Part shown: one piece after another, positions 1 through 12,359 of the stretch
Layout: the number at the start of each line of letters is the position of its first letter
How positions within the stretch are numbered: position 1 is the first letter of the stretch
Translations under genes and position numbers: made by a program
NCBI GenBank assembly: GCA_963729895.1
Contig: CAVSQB010000014.1
Coordinates: 1-64,000, forward strand
Length of the DNA stretch: 64,000 nt
Source of the DNA: an uncultured Fibrobacterota bacterium
GTDB lineage: Bacteria > Fibrobacterota > Chitinivibrionia > Chitinivibrionales > FEN-1185
Direction: 5' to 3'
The notes under the pieces: model-generated
The model's input: only the letters and a program-made list of their open reading frames with translations
Database searches by the model: none
What the model was told of the DNA's origin: nothing

Positions 1-248
1 TAAATGCGGATCTTTGGGAGAACATTCACTCATTTCCTTCCTCTGCGCCAGCCTCGCCCCGTGACGCTCAATTGAGCCGTCTGGTATTTCGGCTGGAGAA
101 TCTGATCATGGTCGCTTTAACCCTCTATGAAACAATTTTCCAGCCATAACGCTCCTGCTCAGCGGCGACGATAGGCCGTCCGCTGGAACCGGTCCCAATC
201 GTCTTATCGCCGCCCTGTCGGAAACTCTCGAAGTCGTTTAATCCACAA

Positions 249-2504
<2,256 letters not shown>

Positions 2505-2640
2505 TCAAACCACCGCAAACAACGTGCCGCAAAGGCGGAAATAACGGGCTTTGGTACTTGCCCGAGTTGCAGCGATAAGACGGGGACGGACAACATCCTC
2601 GTCTCGCTGGTTTGCGACATGCCCAACGGAGCCTCTACGA

Positions 2641-3700
2641 AGGCAACGAATGCCTTTATGCTCACGCTTCGGTTACATTTAATTTGAGGCAATGCGCACT
2701 CGTTGGCATAGAGGTCGTTAATGAGGGGAAGCGTGTCGGGGTTTTCGATCCGATCATAACCAAGCATGTGCCTGGCCTGCGCCCAGTTTTTCTGTTCGAC
2801 ATGGGCGTTGTCGTTTTTCTTGTAGGGACGTGACCGGGTGAACTTTACAGGGTCTTGTCGCACGGCGAAGTAGCGTTCGAGATGATAGTTGAGGAACTCG
2901 GACCCGTTATCACAGTCAAAGCCACGCAGGGCAAAAGGTATTCGTCGTTCGATGTCTTTAACCTGCTCAATGACACCCTGGGAGCCCTTATTCCACACAG
3001 CACGGCCTTCGGTCCAAGCAGTATGGATGTCAGTCATGATAAGGCTCCACACAAATTCTCCGGCAAGGCTGGTGCCGCAATGGGCAACCGTATCCGCCTC
3101 CATGAATCCAGGCTGGGTAATATCCCAGTTGTCGGTACGGATGGGGATTTGATTGCGCAGCATGGAGCCGGGCTTGGTGCCGCACAATCCCTTGCCCATA
3201 CGCGTACGTAAAGGGCATAGGACGCGGTCAAGCGTGGAGCGGCTGACAGAGAGGAGCCGCGCACGGACTTCCTCGGAAAGCAGTTCAAAGGATTGTTCGT
3301 AGAATGGCAGCCATACTGGAATGACAACCTTAAGGCGGCGAGAGCACATGAAATCAGAGGCTTTCCAGATGTACTGTAACGCCTTAATAAAAAGCGGTTC
3401 AGCATATAAGGGTCTTCTTCCACGCTTGGCTTTTTGTTTCTGTTTGCGTTTTCCAAGTAGCCGGATAGCGTACTTGCGATTGTATCGGCAAATCGCACAA
3501 AACTCATCGAGAATCTGCTTTTTGCCGGCTCTGTTGGAATGGGCATATCGTTGTCGTATCGCTTCCCGATATGCTTCTTTTTCTTTGTGCCCCATAGTGG
3601 TAACCCCCTTTTTTCTTGGGTTACCTTAATTATGAGGCAACGAATCAATTGGTGCGTGTTTCGATTAAGCCTTCGGTTACATTTAATTTGAGGCAATGCG
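2641..3700. repeat. 30-bp direct repeat (IS end motif) with degenerate partners
   Basis: CTTCGGTTACATTTAATTTGAGGCAATGCG at 2667-2696 and 3671-3700. Related GGTTACCTTAATTATGAGGCAACGAAT at 3619-3645 and AGGCAACGAAT at 2641-2651. Confidence 0.9.
2697..3595 (-). pseudogene. DDE integrase-core transposase (IS481/ISNCY-like), C-terminally truncated
   Basis: N-terminal HTH-like region plus EADTVAHCG, FDCDNGSEF and NDNAHVEQKN. Transposase-like sequence stops at 2697, where a copy of the element end sequence begins. Confidence 0.8.
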
Positions 3701-3848
3701 TGGGCAGACTAAATCCGTGGAAAAAATGGTAATGGAAACCTAAAAATGCTATAATTGGTCTTATAACATGATAGCGAATGCTATTTCCCAAGTCGCATGG
3801 TAAAAAACAAATTCAAGTGGAAAACCAATTCTCAAAAGGAGGTCTTTT

Positions 3849-4592
3849 ATGAAGTTCAATAGTATTGCAATACGCGCATTTGCCGTTTCGGCCGTTGCAG
3901 GAATCGCCACTTTTCTCTCGGGCTGTGCGCAGGAGAACATCAGCGACGAATTTGCCCTTATCGCTTCTGAAGAAGTTTCGAACATGGATGCCAATTCGAG
4001 CGGCATGATTTCTCCAAGCGTAACGAAAAAGCTCGCGGCTACCGCCGCGGACACGATCACGTATGACCTGACCATTCATCCCTTCTCATGGGATTCCACA
4101 AACGATTGTTATGTTCGCACCGCTGCACTAGTTTTCTCCGATGGGTTCGAGCGGGTCCGGGTAGACACACTGACCTTTTACGGCGCTGCGGGAAAACTCC
4201 GGTATCCTACACTTGCGACTGTTGATTCAATCCACCATGTGCGCCATTTGGCCCGCGATAAGGGCGGCAGCGAGTTGGACATCACCGTTGACATGCATTC
4301 CACCCTCGGCCCGATACCCGGGCAAACAGGCAACTACACCCACGTGAAAAACGGCGCCATCACCGGTACCTTCGACGGCGAACAGGCCGCCACCGGTACG
4401 ATCACTAACGTGACCCGCGATTATGTGAACGGCCAATGGGATTGGTTCCCACGGAGTGGGAGCATTACGGCCGATTTTCCTCACCGTACCTATGTGATCG
4501 ATTTCATCGGCGTCGGCGAGGCACGATTGACGATCACGAACTTGTCTACGGACAAGACCAGGGTAATAACAATCAGCGTTGATCAGCAATAA
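3849..4592 (+). CDS. hypothetical lipoprotein, beta-rich
   Basis: AGGAGG RBS, signal peptide with lipobox LSGC, 247 aa. Confidence 0.8.
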   Translation: MKFNSIAIRAFAVSAVAGIATFLSGCAQENISDEFALIASEEVSNMDANSSGMISPSVTKKLAATAADTITYDLTIHPFSWDSTNDCYVRTAALVFSDGFERVRVDTLTFYGAAGKLRYPTLATVDSIHHVRHLARDKGGSELDITVDMHSTLGPIPGQTGNYTHVKNGAITGTFDGEQAATGTITNVTRDYVNGQWDWFPRSGSITADFPHRTYVIDFIGVGEARLTITNLSTDKTRVITISVDQQ

Positions 4593-4786
4593 CCGTGCAC
4601 CCCAAGGAAGAAGCGATCCGTATCCGCAGAGACAGTGAGCAGCTATACGGCAGAGTGCTGGGACTATGGAAATGCAATAGTCCTTTCATCAAGCACTTTC
4701 TTTCGCTGTCAAAAAATGAGGAAACGGTTTATTCTTAAGACGGATGATAGGATTCCTTTGAGTCTTCTTATCCAGTAGAGGCGATC

Positions 4787-5323
4787 ATGAGTACTAATCG
4801 AGCTTTCTTTATTGTTGTTATTCTTTGCTAAATCATAGCAGCGCAGACCGCAATCTCGGTAAGGGGCACTGTGAGGGATCGCTACTCAGATGCGCTGATA
4901 CAGGGCGCCTTTGCCTTACTTGTGCCATCGAAGTTGCAAGACACTTCCGATGCGGAAGGCAACTTCTTGCTCACAAATCAACCCGCCGCTGTGCGGGGGA
5001 GTCAATCAGCGCATTCGACCTCTCCTGCGAAGCCAGTGATGTCTCAGGGTAGCCTGGTTTTCAGCAACGATGAGGCGGGCGTAGTAAGCATCCGAATCTG
5101 CAATGTGGCCGGAAACCGGCTCTTTTCACTCAGGCAACATGTGGATGAGGGTGTTTTTCGGTTGTCGCCTGGACCACTGCCGGCTGGAATGCTTATCTGT
5201 GAAATCCGAATGCCCTCACTGACAGGGGCCTTTTCCTTTATGTCCATGAAGGAATTTGGTCAGATCCGGACGTCAGCGATATCACCCAAGTCCACTCCCA
5301 CCCAACCGCTTGCTGGCATGTAG
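4787..5323 (+). pseudogene. frameshifted secreted protein with FlgD/T9SS-like sorting domain
   Basis: RBS and ATG at 4787 give a signal-like MSTNRAFFIVVILC*. The reading continues in another frame with VSIRICNVAGNRL...LPAGMLICEI. Confidence 0.5.
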
Positions 5324-5429
5324 ACACCGCAGGTTTGCTGTCCGCATCGCTACGAGCTTCAAGAATTGCAAAGAAACAAGAAATCGCATGATAATATCGT
5401 GTGGTGTTCATGGCTTTGTTAAAGTTAAA

Positions 5430-5471
5430 AGTGTACCCCGAAGTGTACCCTTTCGGGGGTACAGTGTACCC
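5430..5471. repeat. three AGTGTACCC direct repeats, candidate integrase arm-binding sites
   Basis: Copies at 5430-5438, 5442-5450 and 5463-5471, about 110 bp past the tRNA-Asp 3' end. Confidence 0.65.
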
Positions 5472-5577
5472 TTTTTCGTAGTATTTGGTAGTATTTCGGG
5501 GAGTAGTGAGGCAATGCCGGGCCAACAAAAAAAAGCCCTAAAAACCGCGTTTTTGATGGTTTATAAGGCTTTTTGAG

Positions 5578-5654
5578 TGGCGGGCTGGACGAGGCTCGAA
5601 CTCGTGACCTCCGGCTTGACAGGCCGGCGTTCTAACCAGCTGAACTACCAGCCC
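5578..5654 (-). tRNA. tRNA-Asp(GTC)
   Basis: GGGCTGG/CCAGCCC acceptor stem, CT-GTC-AA anticodon loop, GTTCGAG T-loop, encoded CCA. Confidence 0.97.
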
Positions 5655-5695
5655 CCAAGATTATCTTCTTTACACAGCGGAGGCACGTGACAATA

Positions 5696-5770
5696 TGGGC
5701 GTTGTAGGATTCGAACCTACGACCACCTGCTTGTAAGGCAGGTGCTCTATACCAACTGAGCTAAACGCCC
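5696..5770 (-). tRNA. tRNA-Val(TAC)
   Basis: GGGCGTT/AACGCCC acceptor stem, CT-TAC-AA loop, GGTTCGAATCC T-arm. CCA is not encoded. Confidence 0.96.
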
Positions 5771-5778
5771 GGTTGAAC

Positions 5779-5979
5779 TCAGCGTTTTTTCGCGCCGTTT
5801 TCCTTGCCCCGGATTACGATGGCAATGGGCAAAAGGACGCAGTATACCGCCACCAGGATCACCGGGGCCACGTTCAACGACAACGGGTTGTTCACCGGTC
5901 CCTGGCCAAGGCAGATATACCCCGCAACGAGCAGGCCGAAGCTCAGTCCCAACAGCTTATAATTTAACGAGCTGAACAT
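5779..5979 (-). CDS. small two-TM membrane protein (DUF3098-like)
   Basis: Pattern NY..L..G......GY..L and SLNVAPVILV with two hydrophobic helices. Confidence 0.65.
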   Translation of the reverse strand: MFSSLNYKLLGLSFGLLVAGYICLGQGPVNNPLSLNVAPVILVAVYCVLLPIAIVIRGKENGAKKR

Positions 5980-6045
5980 GGTTTGTGTGCCGTACCTATT
6001 GAAAAAGATGTAATAAATTAGTTCAAACACTAACACGTGTCAACA

Positions 6046-6648
6046 TCAAATTTTGAGGCCGGAAGTTATATGCGCCTTGTCCTGATCGGTCTTTGCGTCC
6101 CGCAGCGCCGCCAGCCGTTCGCCGGAAAGGCTGATCACGTCGTTGAAAAGCCGGGCCAGGTTCTGCATTTCGTCGCCCTTGCGCAAGTATATCTTTTCCG
6201 TGTAGTTGCCTTCTATCATGTTGTTGCACACTTTTTCGAACCGGTAGATTGGCCCCGCAAGCTTGTGGGAAAAGAAGACCGTCAGCAGGGCGATCTGGAC
6301 AACGATGATGAGGATGCCCGCGCCGAAAATCAGGAGCAGGCGTTCGAGCACGGCCCTCCGGTACTTTGCATCGCTCGAAAATTCGCGCAGGTAGTTCTTG
6401 ATATCCGCGAGGTATGCTTCCACGGCGGGGTTGGCCTGGTCCTGGAAGGCGAGCTCCGTTTTGCTTTCAACGTCCTCTTTGATGGTATTGGTTGTAGTGC
6501 TCACGATGCTCTGCGACGCAAAGTACAGGGTGACAAGAAAGAACAGCAACAGAATGAGCATGGGCACGAGCAGGGTGAGCATGTAGCGGCCCTGCAGTTT
6601 GCGGTCGATAAAGAAATGCTTCCTCACGAACCCTTGTTTAGCGTTCAT
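6046..6648 (-). CDS. two-TM membrane protein with HAMP-like domain
   Basis: Two TM segments and SHKLAGPIYRF...LRKGDE..LA..FN. Confidence 0.8.
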   Translation of the reverse strand: MNAKQGFVRKHFFIDRKLQGRYMLTLLVPMLILLLFFLVTLYFASQSIVSTTTNTIKEDVESKTELAFQDQANPAVEAYLADIKNYLREFSSDAKYRRAVLERLLLIFGAGILIIVVQIALLTVFFSHKLAGPIYRFEKVCNNMIEGNYTEKIYLRKGDEMQNLARLFNDVISLSGERLAALRDAKTDQDKAHITSGLKI

Positions 6649-8953
6649 GGTTCTTCTCCTTGCTCCTGTTTGGATCGCGCGTGTGGAATATTCCCTGCAG
6701 AATGGGCATGAACCCTTCCACGATCTGGTCGAGATCGCGCAGCGTCAGATCGCACTGGTCAAGCTGACCCGACGCGAATTTGTCCCGGATGATCTTCTTG
6801 ACAAGGTCGCGCAGCAGCTTGGGCGACGACGTAGCGAGGCTGCGCGATGCCGCCTCCACAGCGTCGGCGAGCATGATAATCGCGTTCTCGCGCGTTTGCG
6901 GCAGCGGCCCCGGATACCGGAAGCTCTCCTCCCGCACCTGATTGTGCGGATCCATCTGCCGGGCCTTTTCGTAAAAATACGATACCGTGCTGGTGCCGTG
7001 GTGCTGCAGAATGGCGTCGCGGATTATTTTCGGCAACTTATACTTCTTCGCAAGTTCCACTCCTTCCTTTACATGAGAGGAAATGATGAGCGCGCTCATG
7101 CTCGGCGCGAGCCGGGCATGCCTGCTCTTGTCGTTGGCGCTTGCGTTCTCTATGAAATAGTCGGCTTTTTCGATCTTGCCGATGTCGTGATAATACGAAA
7201 TCACGCGGGCACGAAGCGAATTCGCGCCGATACGCTCCGCAGCCGATTCGGCGAGGTTGCCCACGAGCACGCTGTGGTTGTAGGTGCCGGCGGCCTCGAT
7301 GGACAGGCGCTTGAGCGCAGGGTTGTTCATGTCCGACAGCTCGATAAGCGTCATGTCGGTGGCGATGTCGAACACACTCTCGAACAGCATGGTGGACACC
7401 ATGACAAGAAACACCGATGCGATGCAGTTGACAAGAGCAACCCCGAGGTTCTGCAGGTACACCGGCGGCGAAAACTGGGAGAGAAGCCCCTGCATGATGA
7501 GAATGACCGCGGCGTACACGAGCGACACCCACGGAATGGCCTTGATGAAATCCCACCGGTAGCGGAAGGTCTTGGCGAGAAATCCGGCGGCGAGGCCCGT
7601 GAGCAGGGCCAGCAGAAAAAGCTGGAAGTTGAACCCGATCGACACGCCGAACAGTACGGCGGTGAACAGCGAGACCACAAAGCTGGTGCGGATGTCAAAG
7701 AGTATCGCCGCGAGCATGGCGCCCACGCTGGTGGGGACGACGTATTCGAGCACGAGCGGGCCCGCGTCACCCGCCGATTCGAACACGCGCGGTGCAACGA
7801 GAAGCGCAAGGCGGATGATGGCCGCCTGAAACACCACGATGGTGGCAAGCGCCACGGCCCGCCTCGCGGTGCCCACCGCTTTCCACTGGTACCGTGCAAC
7901 GTACACCGCGAGAAAGCACAGCACGATGATGACAAGCGCGAGCCCTCCGGCGTTTGACGCGCGCGAACGCAACGATTCGCCGCGGTGGTCAATCTGCTCC
8001 TCAGTCTTGCGCAGCGAATACAGGCGTTCCACGATGTCGTCCGTCACCACCTGGTGCTTGCGCACGATCTCGGTTTCCTTGATCACTTTTCCCTTCACGG
8101 CAAGCACGTCGCCAGCCGCCTTTTGCCGCCGCTTCTCCGTTTCGGCCTCGTTCACCGCCACGTTGGGCGCCACAATCGCACTCAGGAGCTCGTACGTCGC
8201 GTTGAGCCCGGCCGGGTCGAAGCGAGGGTCCTCCTTGAGTTTCCGGAAAATGGCTTCGAGCGCTTCTTCCTTTACGGGAATTTCCGCCAGGGCCACGGGC
8301 GATTCCGCGGAATTCCTGCGCAGCGTCGCGAAGTCCTTGTCGTACACGAGATAGGAATCGAACCGCGTGTTGAAACGCGCCTGCACCTGGTCGCGCTCCG
8401 GGGACGAGCGGATAACGAGCGTGGCAAGAATGCCTTTGTCAAGAGCGTGGAGCGCCCCCTCGTACGCCGCGTCTACGAGGCGCGGTGATTTCTGCAACAC
8501 CTTGAGCGCCGCGGCCGACAGGCGGCCTGCTCCGAGGACCGCGGCAAGCGCTGCCGGCAATGAGTCGCCTGCCGCCGAAGCGAGCGCGCTCTTCGCCTCG
8601 CCCAACGCGCGCCGCACCTTCCTGGTTGCCTCCTGGTCCCAGTCGAGCACCAGCAGCACCTTGGACCTTGCCTCAAGCCGCTCGCGCGCAAGATCGTCGG
8701 GCATCTTGACAACATCGTAGGTGAAGGGCGCGATAATGGTCTCGTTGGCGATCTCGCCTTCCTTGGGGAGGTCGAACGGTCTCGTGGTTGACGAATAGGG
8801 AAAAAACAGGGCGATGCCGAACGATGCGTACGCAAGGATAAGAAACGGCGCCGGGACCAGGCCTCTCGCCGCCCGCACGAAACCGCTCAGGCGCTGCGCG
8901 CCCGCACCGCCGGAATGTTGTGCCTTGTGCATGAATCGGGAAACCAGATTCAT
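6638..8953 (-). CDS. 7TM-HD (HDIG) phosphohydrolase, PgpH-like cyclic-di-AMP phosphodiesterase family
   Basis: Extracytoplasmic domain, multi-TM block, then GTYNHS, YYHDIGK, QHHGT and MLADAVEAA. Start codon is estimated. Confidence 0.9.
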   Translation of the reverse strand: MNLVSRFMHKAQHSGGAGAQRLSGFVRAARGLVPAPFLILAYASFGIALFFPYSSTTRPFDLPKEGEIANETIIAPFTYDVVKMPDDLARERLEARSKVLLVLDWDQEATRKVRRALGEAKSALASAAGDSLPAALAAVLGAGRLSAAALKVLQKSPRLVDAAYEGALHALDKGILATLVIRSSPERDQVQARFNTRFDSYLVYDKDFATLRRNSAESPVALAEIPVKEEALEAIFRKLKEDPRFDPAGLNATYELLSAIVAPNVAVNEAETEKRRQKAAGDVLAVKGKVIKETEIVRKHQVVTDDIVERLYSLRKTEEQIDHRGESLRSRASNAGGLALVIIVLCFLAVYVARYQWKAVGTARRAVALATIVVFQAAIIRLALLVAPRVFESAGDAGPLVLEYVVPTSVGAMLAAILFDIRTSFVVSLFTAVLFGVSIGFNFQLFLLALLTGLAAGFLAKTFRYRWDFIKAIPWVSLVYAAVILIMQGLLSQFSPPVYLQNLGVALVNCIASVFLVMVSTMLFESVFDIATDMTLIELSDMNNPALKRLSIEAAGTYNHSVLVGNLAESAAERIGANSLRARVISYYHDIGKIEKADYFIENASANDKSRHARLAPSMSALIISSHVKEGVELAKKYKLPKIIRDAILQHHGTSTVSYFYEKARQMDPHNQVREESFRYPGPLPQTRENAIIMLADAVEAASRSLATSSPKLLRDLVKKIIRDKFASGQLDQCDLTLRDLDQIVEGFMPILQGIFHTRDPNRSKEKNHER

Positions 8954-9113
8954 AGAGAAAACGAACGGGTGAAAATGTGGAGAAACACATCCGCGGACCA
9001 GCACAACCGTCTGCGCCCTTCCGCCATCGTGCTGCAACGCGCACCACGGTCGAGTTCGCACGGAATGTCGAAAAACAACGGGGGAAAGATGGGCTCTATG
9101 GCGCAACCGGCGC

Positions 9114-9380
9114 CTACTTGCCGAGCTTCTGCTTGAGGCTGTCGCGTTCTGTTTCGTTCTTGTTGAGTTCGTTCTGCTTCTGCTGAAGTTCGGACTCAAG
9201 CTGGGTACGCTCCTGCTTCAGGTCGGACAGCTTCTTCTCTGCGCTTTCGGAAGCGCTTTTGGCCTCATCCAGTTTCGACAGCTCGTCTTTGCCGGGCTTC
9301 TTGGTACACCCCGCGCTTATGCCCGCTGCGCCGATGCAGGCGCCTACGGCGACGATCCTTAACAAGTGAGAAACCCTCAT
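9114..9380 (-). CDS. small coiled-coil lipoprotein
   Basis: Lipobox SAGC followed by a heptad-rich helix. Confidence 0.8.
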   Translation of the reverse strand: MRVSHLLRIVAVGACIGAAGISAGCTKKPGKDELSKLDEAKSASESAEKKLSDLKQERTQLESELQQKQNELNKNETERDSLKQKLGK

Positions 9381-9610
9381 TTGTCTTCGCTTTTCTTGTC
9401 CTCATCCTGTTTGGCGCCCTTCTGCGCTTCCAGCCGCATACGTTCCTGCTTGGTTTCGTAGAGTTTCTTCTCCGCGCTTTCGGCAGCGGTCTTTGCTTCC
9501 TCGAGCTTCGACTGGTCGTCCTTGTTCGGAGCCTTGGAGCACGCACCAATGCCGCATGCAACGGCAACAGCGGCGATAACCACGAGATTAAGCGGCTTTA
9601 GACTTCTCAT
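9377..9610 (-). CDS. small coiled-coil lipoprotein, paralog of 9114..9380
   Basis: AAGGAG RBS, lipobox IGAC, shared SKL.EAK.A.ESAEKKL. Confidence 0.8.
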   Translation of the reverse strand: MRSLKPLNLVVIAAVAVACGIGACSKAPNKDDQSKLEEAKTAAESAEKKLYETKQERMRLEAQKGAKQDEDKKSEDK

Positions 9611-9674
9611 GACGAAAGTTTCTCCTTCCTTGATGGCACACTTAGGCGCTCTTTGGATACATCAATACAGGTAA

Positions 9675-9704
9675 ATAATAGTATGTACAAATTATAAGAG
9701 TCAA
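9675..9704 (-). promoter_or_regulatory. candidate sigma70 promoter
   Basis: TTGACT-18 nt-TATTAT in AT-rich DNA upstream of the lipoprotein genes. Confidence 0.5.
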
Positions 9705-9727
9705 GCAAAACCTGAATATAAAGTTGG

Positions 9728-10420
9728 TCATGCTCTCACATCGCCGAGTGCCGCCAGCATGCTGCGCGCGTTCTTCCACCCGACCCCGCCCCGGGCCCGT
9801 GCGTGCCGGTCGCAAATCCGTACAAACTGCATTCCGGCGCTTTGGGCCGCAGCGCCATCGGTGTCCGCCCGGTCGCCGATGACGAGAATGTCCCCCGGCA
9901 GCACGCCCCAGTCCTTTGCTATGTCAAGGAAGGGCCGCTTGTGCGGCTTGAGTGCGCCGGCAGCCTCGCACGAAGCAACCGTGTCGAAGAGTGACGGTGA
10001 AATGCGCAGCTTTTCGAGGCGCTCGGGCACCCGCCCGAAATCCGACAACACCGCCAGCCGTATCCCTTTGGCCCGAAGCGCCGCAAGCAGCTGAGCGAGG
10101 CCCGGCCTGGAAAACCGGAAGAAGGGCATGAGCGCGATATAAGAAACGTAGAACGCTTCATCGATCCAACGACGGGTGTCGGCAGACCGCATGTTCTCGC
10201 GACCGCCAAGTTCCTTGCTTATCGCGGACAGCAGCCGCTCCTGCGATTTCAGGTCGGCCCCGGCAAAGGTCTCGCGCACTCGCAGGAACCGTCGCAGGCG
10301 AAGCCCGTGCGGGAAAAGCCTGATGAAAAAAAGAATCCTCAGGTACCATCGCAACGCGTACAGGGTACCGTCGAGGTCGAAGATAATGCCGCGGACGAGC
10401 GAAGATGCAGCGGTCGTCAT
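9728..10420 (-). CDS. HAD-superfamily hydrolase
   Basis: IFDLDGTL, VLSD, KP and IGDRADTD motifs. Confidence 0.9.
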   Translation of the reverse strand: MTTAASSLVRGIIFDLDGTLYALRWYLRILFFIRLFPHGLRLRRFLRVRETFAGADLKSQERLLSAISKELGGRENMRSADTRRWIDEAFYVSYIALMPFFRFSRPGLAQLLAALRAKGIRLAVLSDFGRVPERLEKLRISPSLFDTVASCEAAGALKPHKRPFLDIAKDWGVLPGDILVIGDRADTDGAAAQSAGMQFVRICDRHARARGGVGWKNARSMLAALGDVRA

Positions 10421-10489
10421 GAAAACTAAATTCCACGGAAGAATTTTACGGCAAAAACGCACAGGAAACGCAAAGAAGAAAGAGCAACA

Positions 10490-11791
10490 TTATTCCTTCA
10501 AGACGGATGTTCCGGCGCGAAAGATGTTGTCGAGCAGTTTTTCAAGCGCGTCAAAGGGCGTGGAAGAGAAGGCAATGCGTATCACGTTCCCGAATGCGAT
10601 GATGCCGGTGTCGTATTCGGCCAAGAGCTTCTTGCGCACCGGCTCGGCTTCGCCGCGCACGAGCCTTACGCACATGAAGTATCCCGAATTGAACGGCAGG
10701 GGCTCAAACACGTCCGCGTATTCCGGATGCGCAGCGAACAGGTCGCGCATTTTCCCGTAGCGGCGTTTTAGAACCGCGTACTTGGAATGCTTCTCCTCAT
10801 CGTAGTTGCCGTCTGCGTAGGCATTAAGTAGCAGTGACTGGCTGATGTTCGACGCGTTGGAGATGGTGCCGCGTATGGCGCCGGCGATTTTGGCTTCGAG
10901 CGCGACGTACAACGGCGGCGTACCTGTCTTGGTCCCAAAGGTGACGAAGCCCACCCGGAACCCCCACACATAGTCTTCTTTTGTGGGGCCGTCAAACTTG
11001 ACGCACAGGATTCGTTCGTGCGCATCTGCAAGCAGCGCAAAAAGCGACTCGGTGAGAACTCCCTCTTCGTACACGAGGCCGAAGTATGCGTCGTCCACGA
11101 GCGCCACGATGTCGTCGCCCGCCTCCGCCGCCGCAACGAGCGCATCGCGAATGGCATGCGCCTCAGCCGTGGTTACCGTGTAGCCGGTCGGGTTGTTGGG
11201 AAAATTGAGCAGCACCACCTTCTTGCCGCGCGGGAGCGCGCGCAGGCGCGCGGCCATGCCGTCCACGTTATATGCCCCGCGCGCAAACGTGGGATAGGTC
11301 ACGATGGGCGAACCGAACGCGTGGGTAAAGATCAGGTCGTAATTTTCCCAGTACAAATCGGGCAGCACCACGGAGTCCTGTGCGTCGCAGAACAGGTAGC
11401 CGGCCATCGAAAGGCCGTGGGTAAGCGCACTTGTCACCACTGGAAGGCTGAACGTTGTGCCTGAAAGCGACGGGTTCTTCCTGTAAAGCATTTCTTTCCA
11501 GATGGCGCGTATTTCCTGCCTGCCGAAACTCGGAGCATAGGAAAAGATGTTCTTCTTCTGGAGATTGAGCTGTTTCCAGAGGGACTCGAGGCACATGGGC
11601 GATCCGTTGTCCTCAAGCGCGGTGCCGATGGTCGCGTTGATCGCCATCCCGGAGGCCTCCGCAGTCTGGGCCAGAATGCCGCGCTTCGGAAAGAAAATGC
11701 TCTTCCCCTTTTCCGACAGCATGTCGTACACGTGCCGGTTGACGCTGCAAATGGTCTGGTTCAGCTCCAGTGCTTGAGCATCGAGGTTCAC
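10490..11791 (-). CDS. class I/II PLP-dependent aminotransferase
   Basis: NFPNNPTG, DDAY and GPTKEDYVWGFRVG. Confidence 0.92.
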   Translation of the reverse strand: MNLDAQALELNQTICSVNRHVYDMLSEKGKSIFFPKRGILAQTAEASGMAINATIGTALEDNGSPMCLESLWKQLNLQKKNIFSYAPSFGRQEIRAIWKEMLYRKNPSLSGTTFSLPVVTSALTHGLSMAGYLFCDAQDSVVLPDLYWENYDLIFTHAFGSPIVTYPTFARGAYNVDGMAARLRALPRGKKVVLLNFPNNPTGYTVTTAEAHAIRDALVAAAEAGDDIVALVDDAYFGLVYEEGVLTESLFALLADAHERILCVKFDGPTKEDYVWGFRVGFVTFGTKTGTPPLYVALEAKIAGAIRGTISNASNISQSLLLNAYADGNYDEEKHSKYAVLKRRYGKMRDLFAAHPEYADVFEPLPFNSGYFMCVRLVRGEAEPVRKKLLAEYDTGIIAFGNVIRIAFSSTPFDALEKLLDNIFRAGTSVLKE

Positions 11792-12100
11792 GCCGAAACT
11801 CTCCTTGCGCTGCAGTCCGTGCTCATGTGGTAAGACAGCCGGTTATTCTCAATCAATAAGACTTTCAGCCGTTCTGCGCTGGTTCGCCGGCTTTTGCGGC
11901 ACAATCATGCACCTTATTTTCCGCAAATTTGAACAACAAAATAAGAGAAATTTGCATGATAGTCAACCACTACATGCAAAAGGCACGATATCAACTATAT
12001 TTCTTTTGGTAAAACCGGCTCATGGCCAAATATTTGAGCGGAAGAAACGTAGATTCCATTGTATATTGCATAAACGTCAAAATCCTCACAAGGAGAAGCC

Positions 12101-12328
12101 ATGATACGGGAAGAAGTGGAAAAAGTGATCGACCAGATCCGGCCCAATCTTCAAGCGGACGGCGGGAACATTGAGCTTGTCGAGGTAGGTGAAGATGGTA
12201 TTGTCAAAGTGAGGCTTCAGGGAGCATGCCACGGGTGCCCGGGCGCGGCAATGACGCTCAAGCTGGGCGTTGAGCGTATGCTCAAGGCGAATGTTCCCGA
12301 AGTAAAGTCCGTCGTAAACGTCGGCTGA
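12101..12328 (+). CDS. NifU/Nfu C-terminal domain Fe-S carrier
   Basis: IRPNLQADGG and GACHGCP. AAGGAG RBS. Confidence 0.93.
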   Translation: MIREEVEKVIDQIRPNLQADGGNIELVEVGEDGIVKVRLQGACHGCPGAAMTLKLGVERMLKANVPEVKSVVNVG

Positions 12329-12359
12329 TGCCCTGCTCACCTTTTCAACAGCGGTCACA

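Noticed and set aside
2641..3700. 30-bp repeats as a CRISPR array
   Set aside because: Only two exact copies 1 kb apart, flanking a transposase, with no cas genes.
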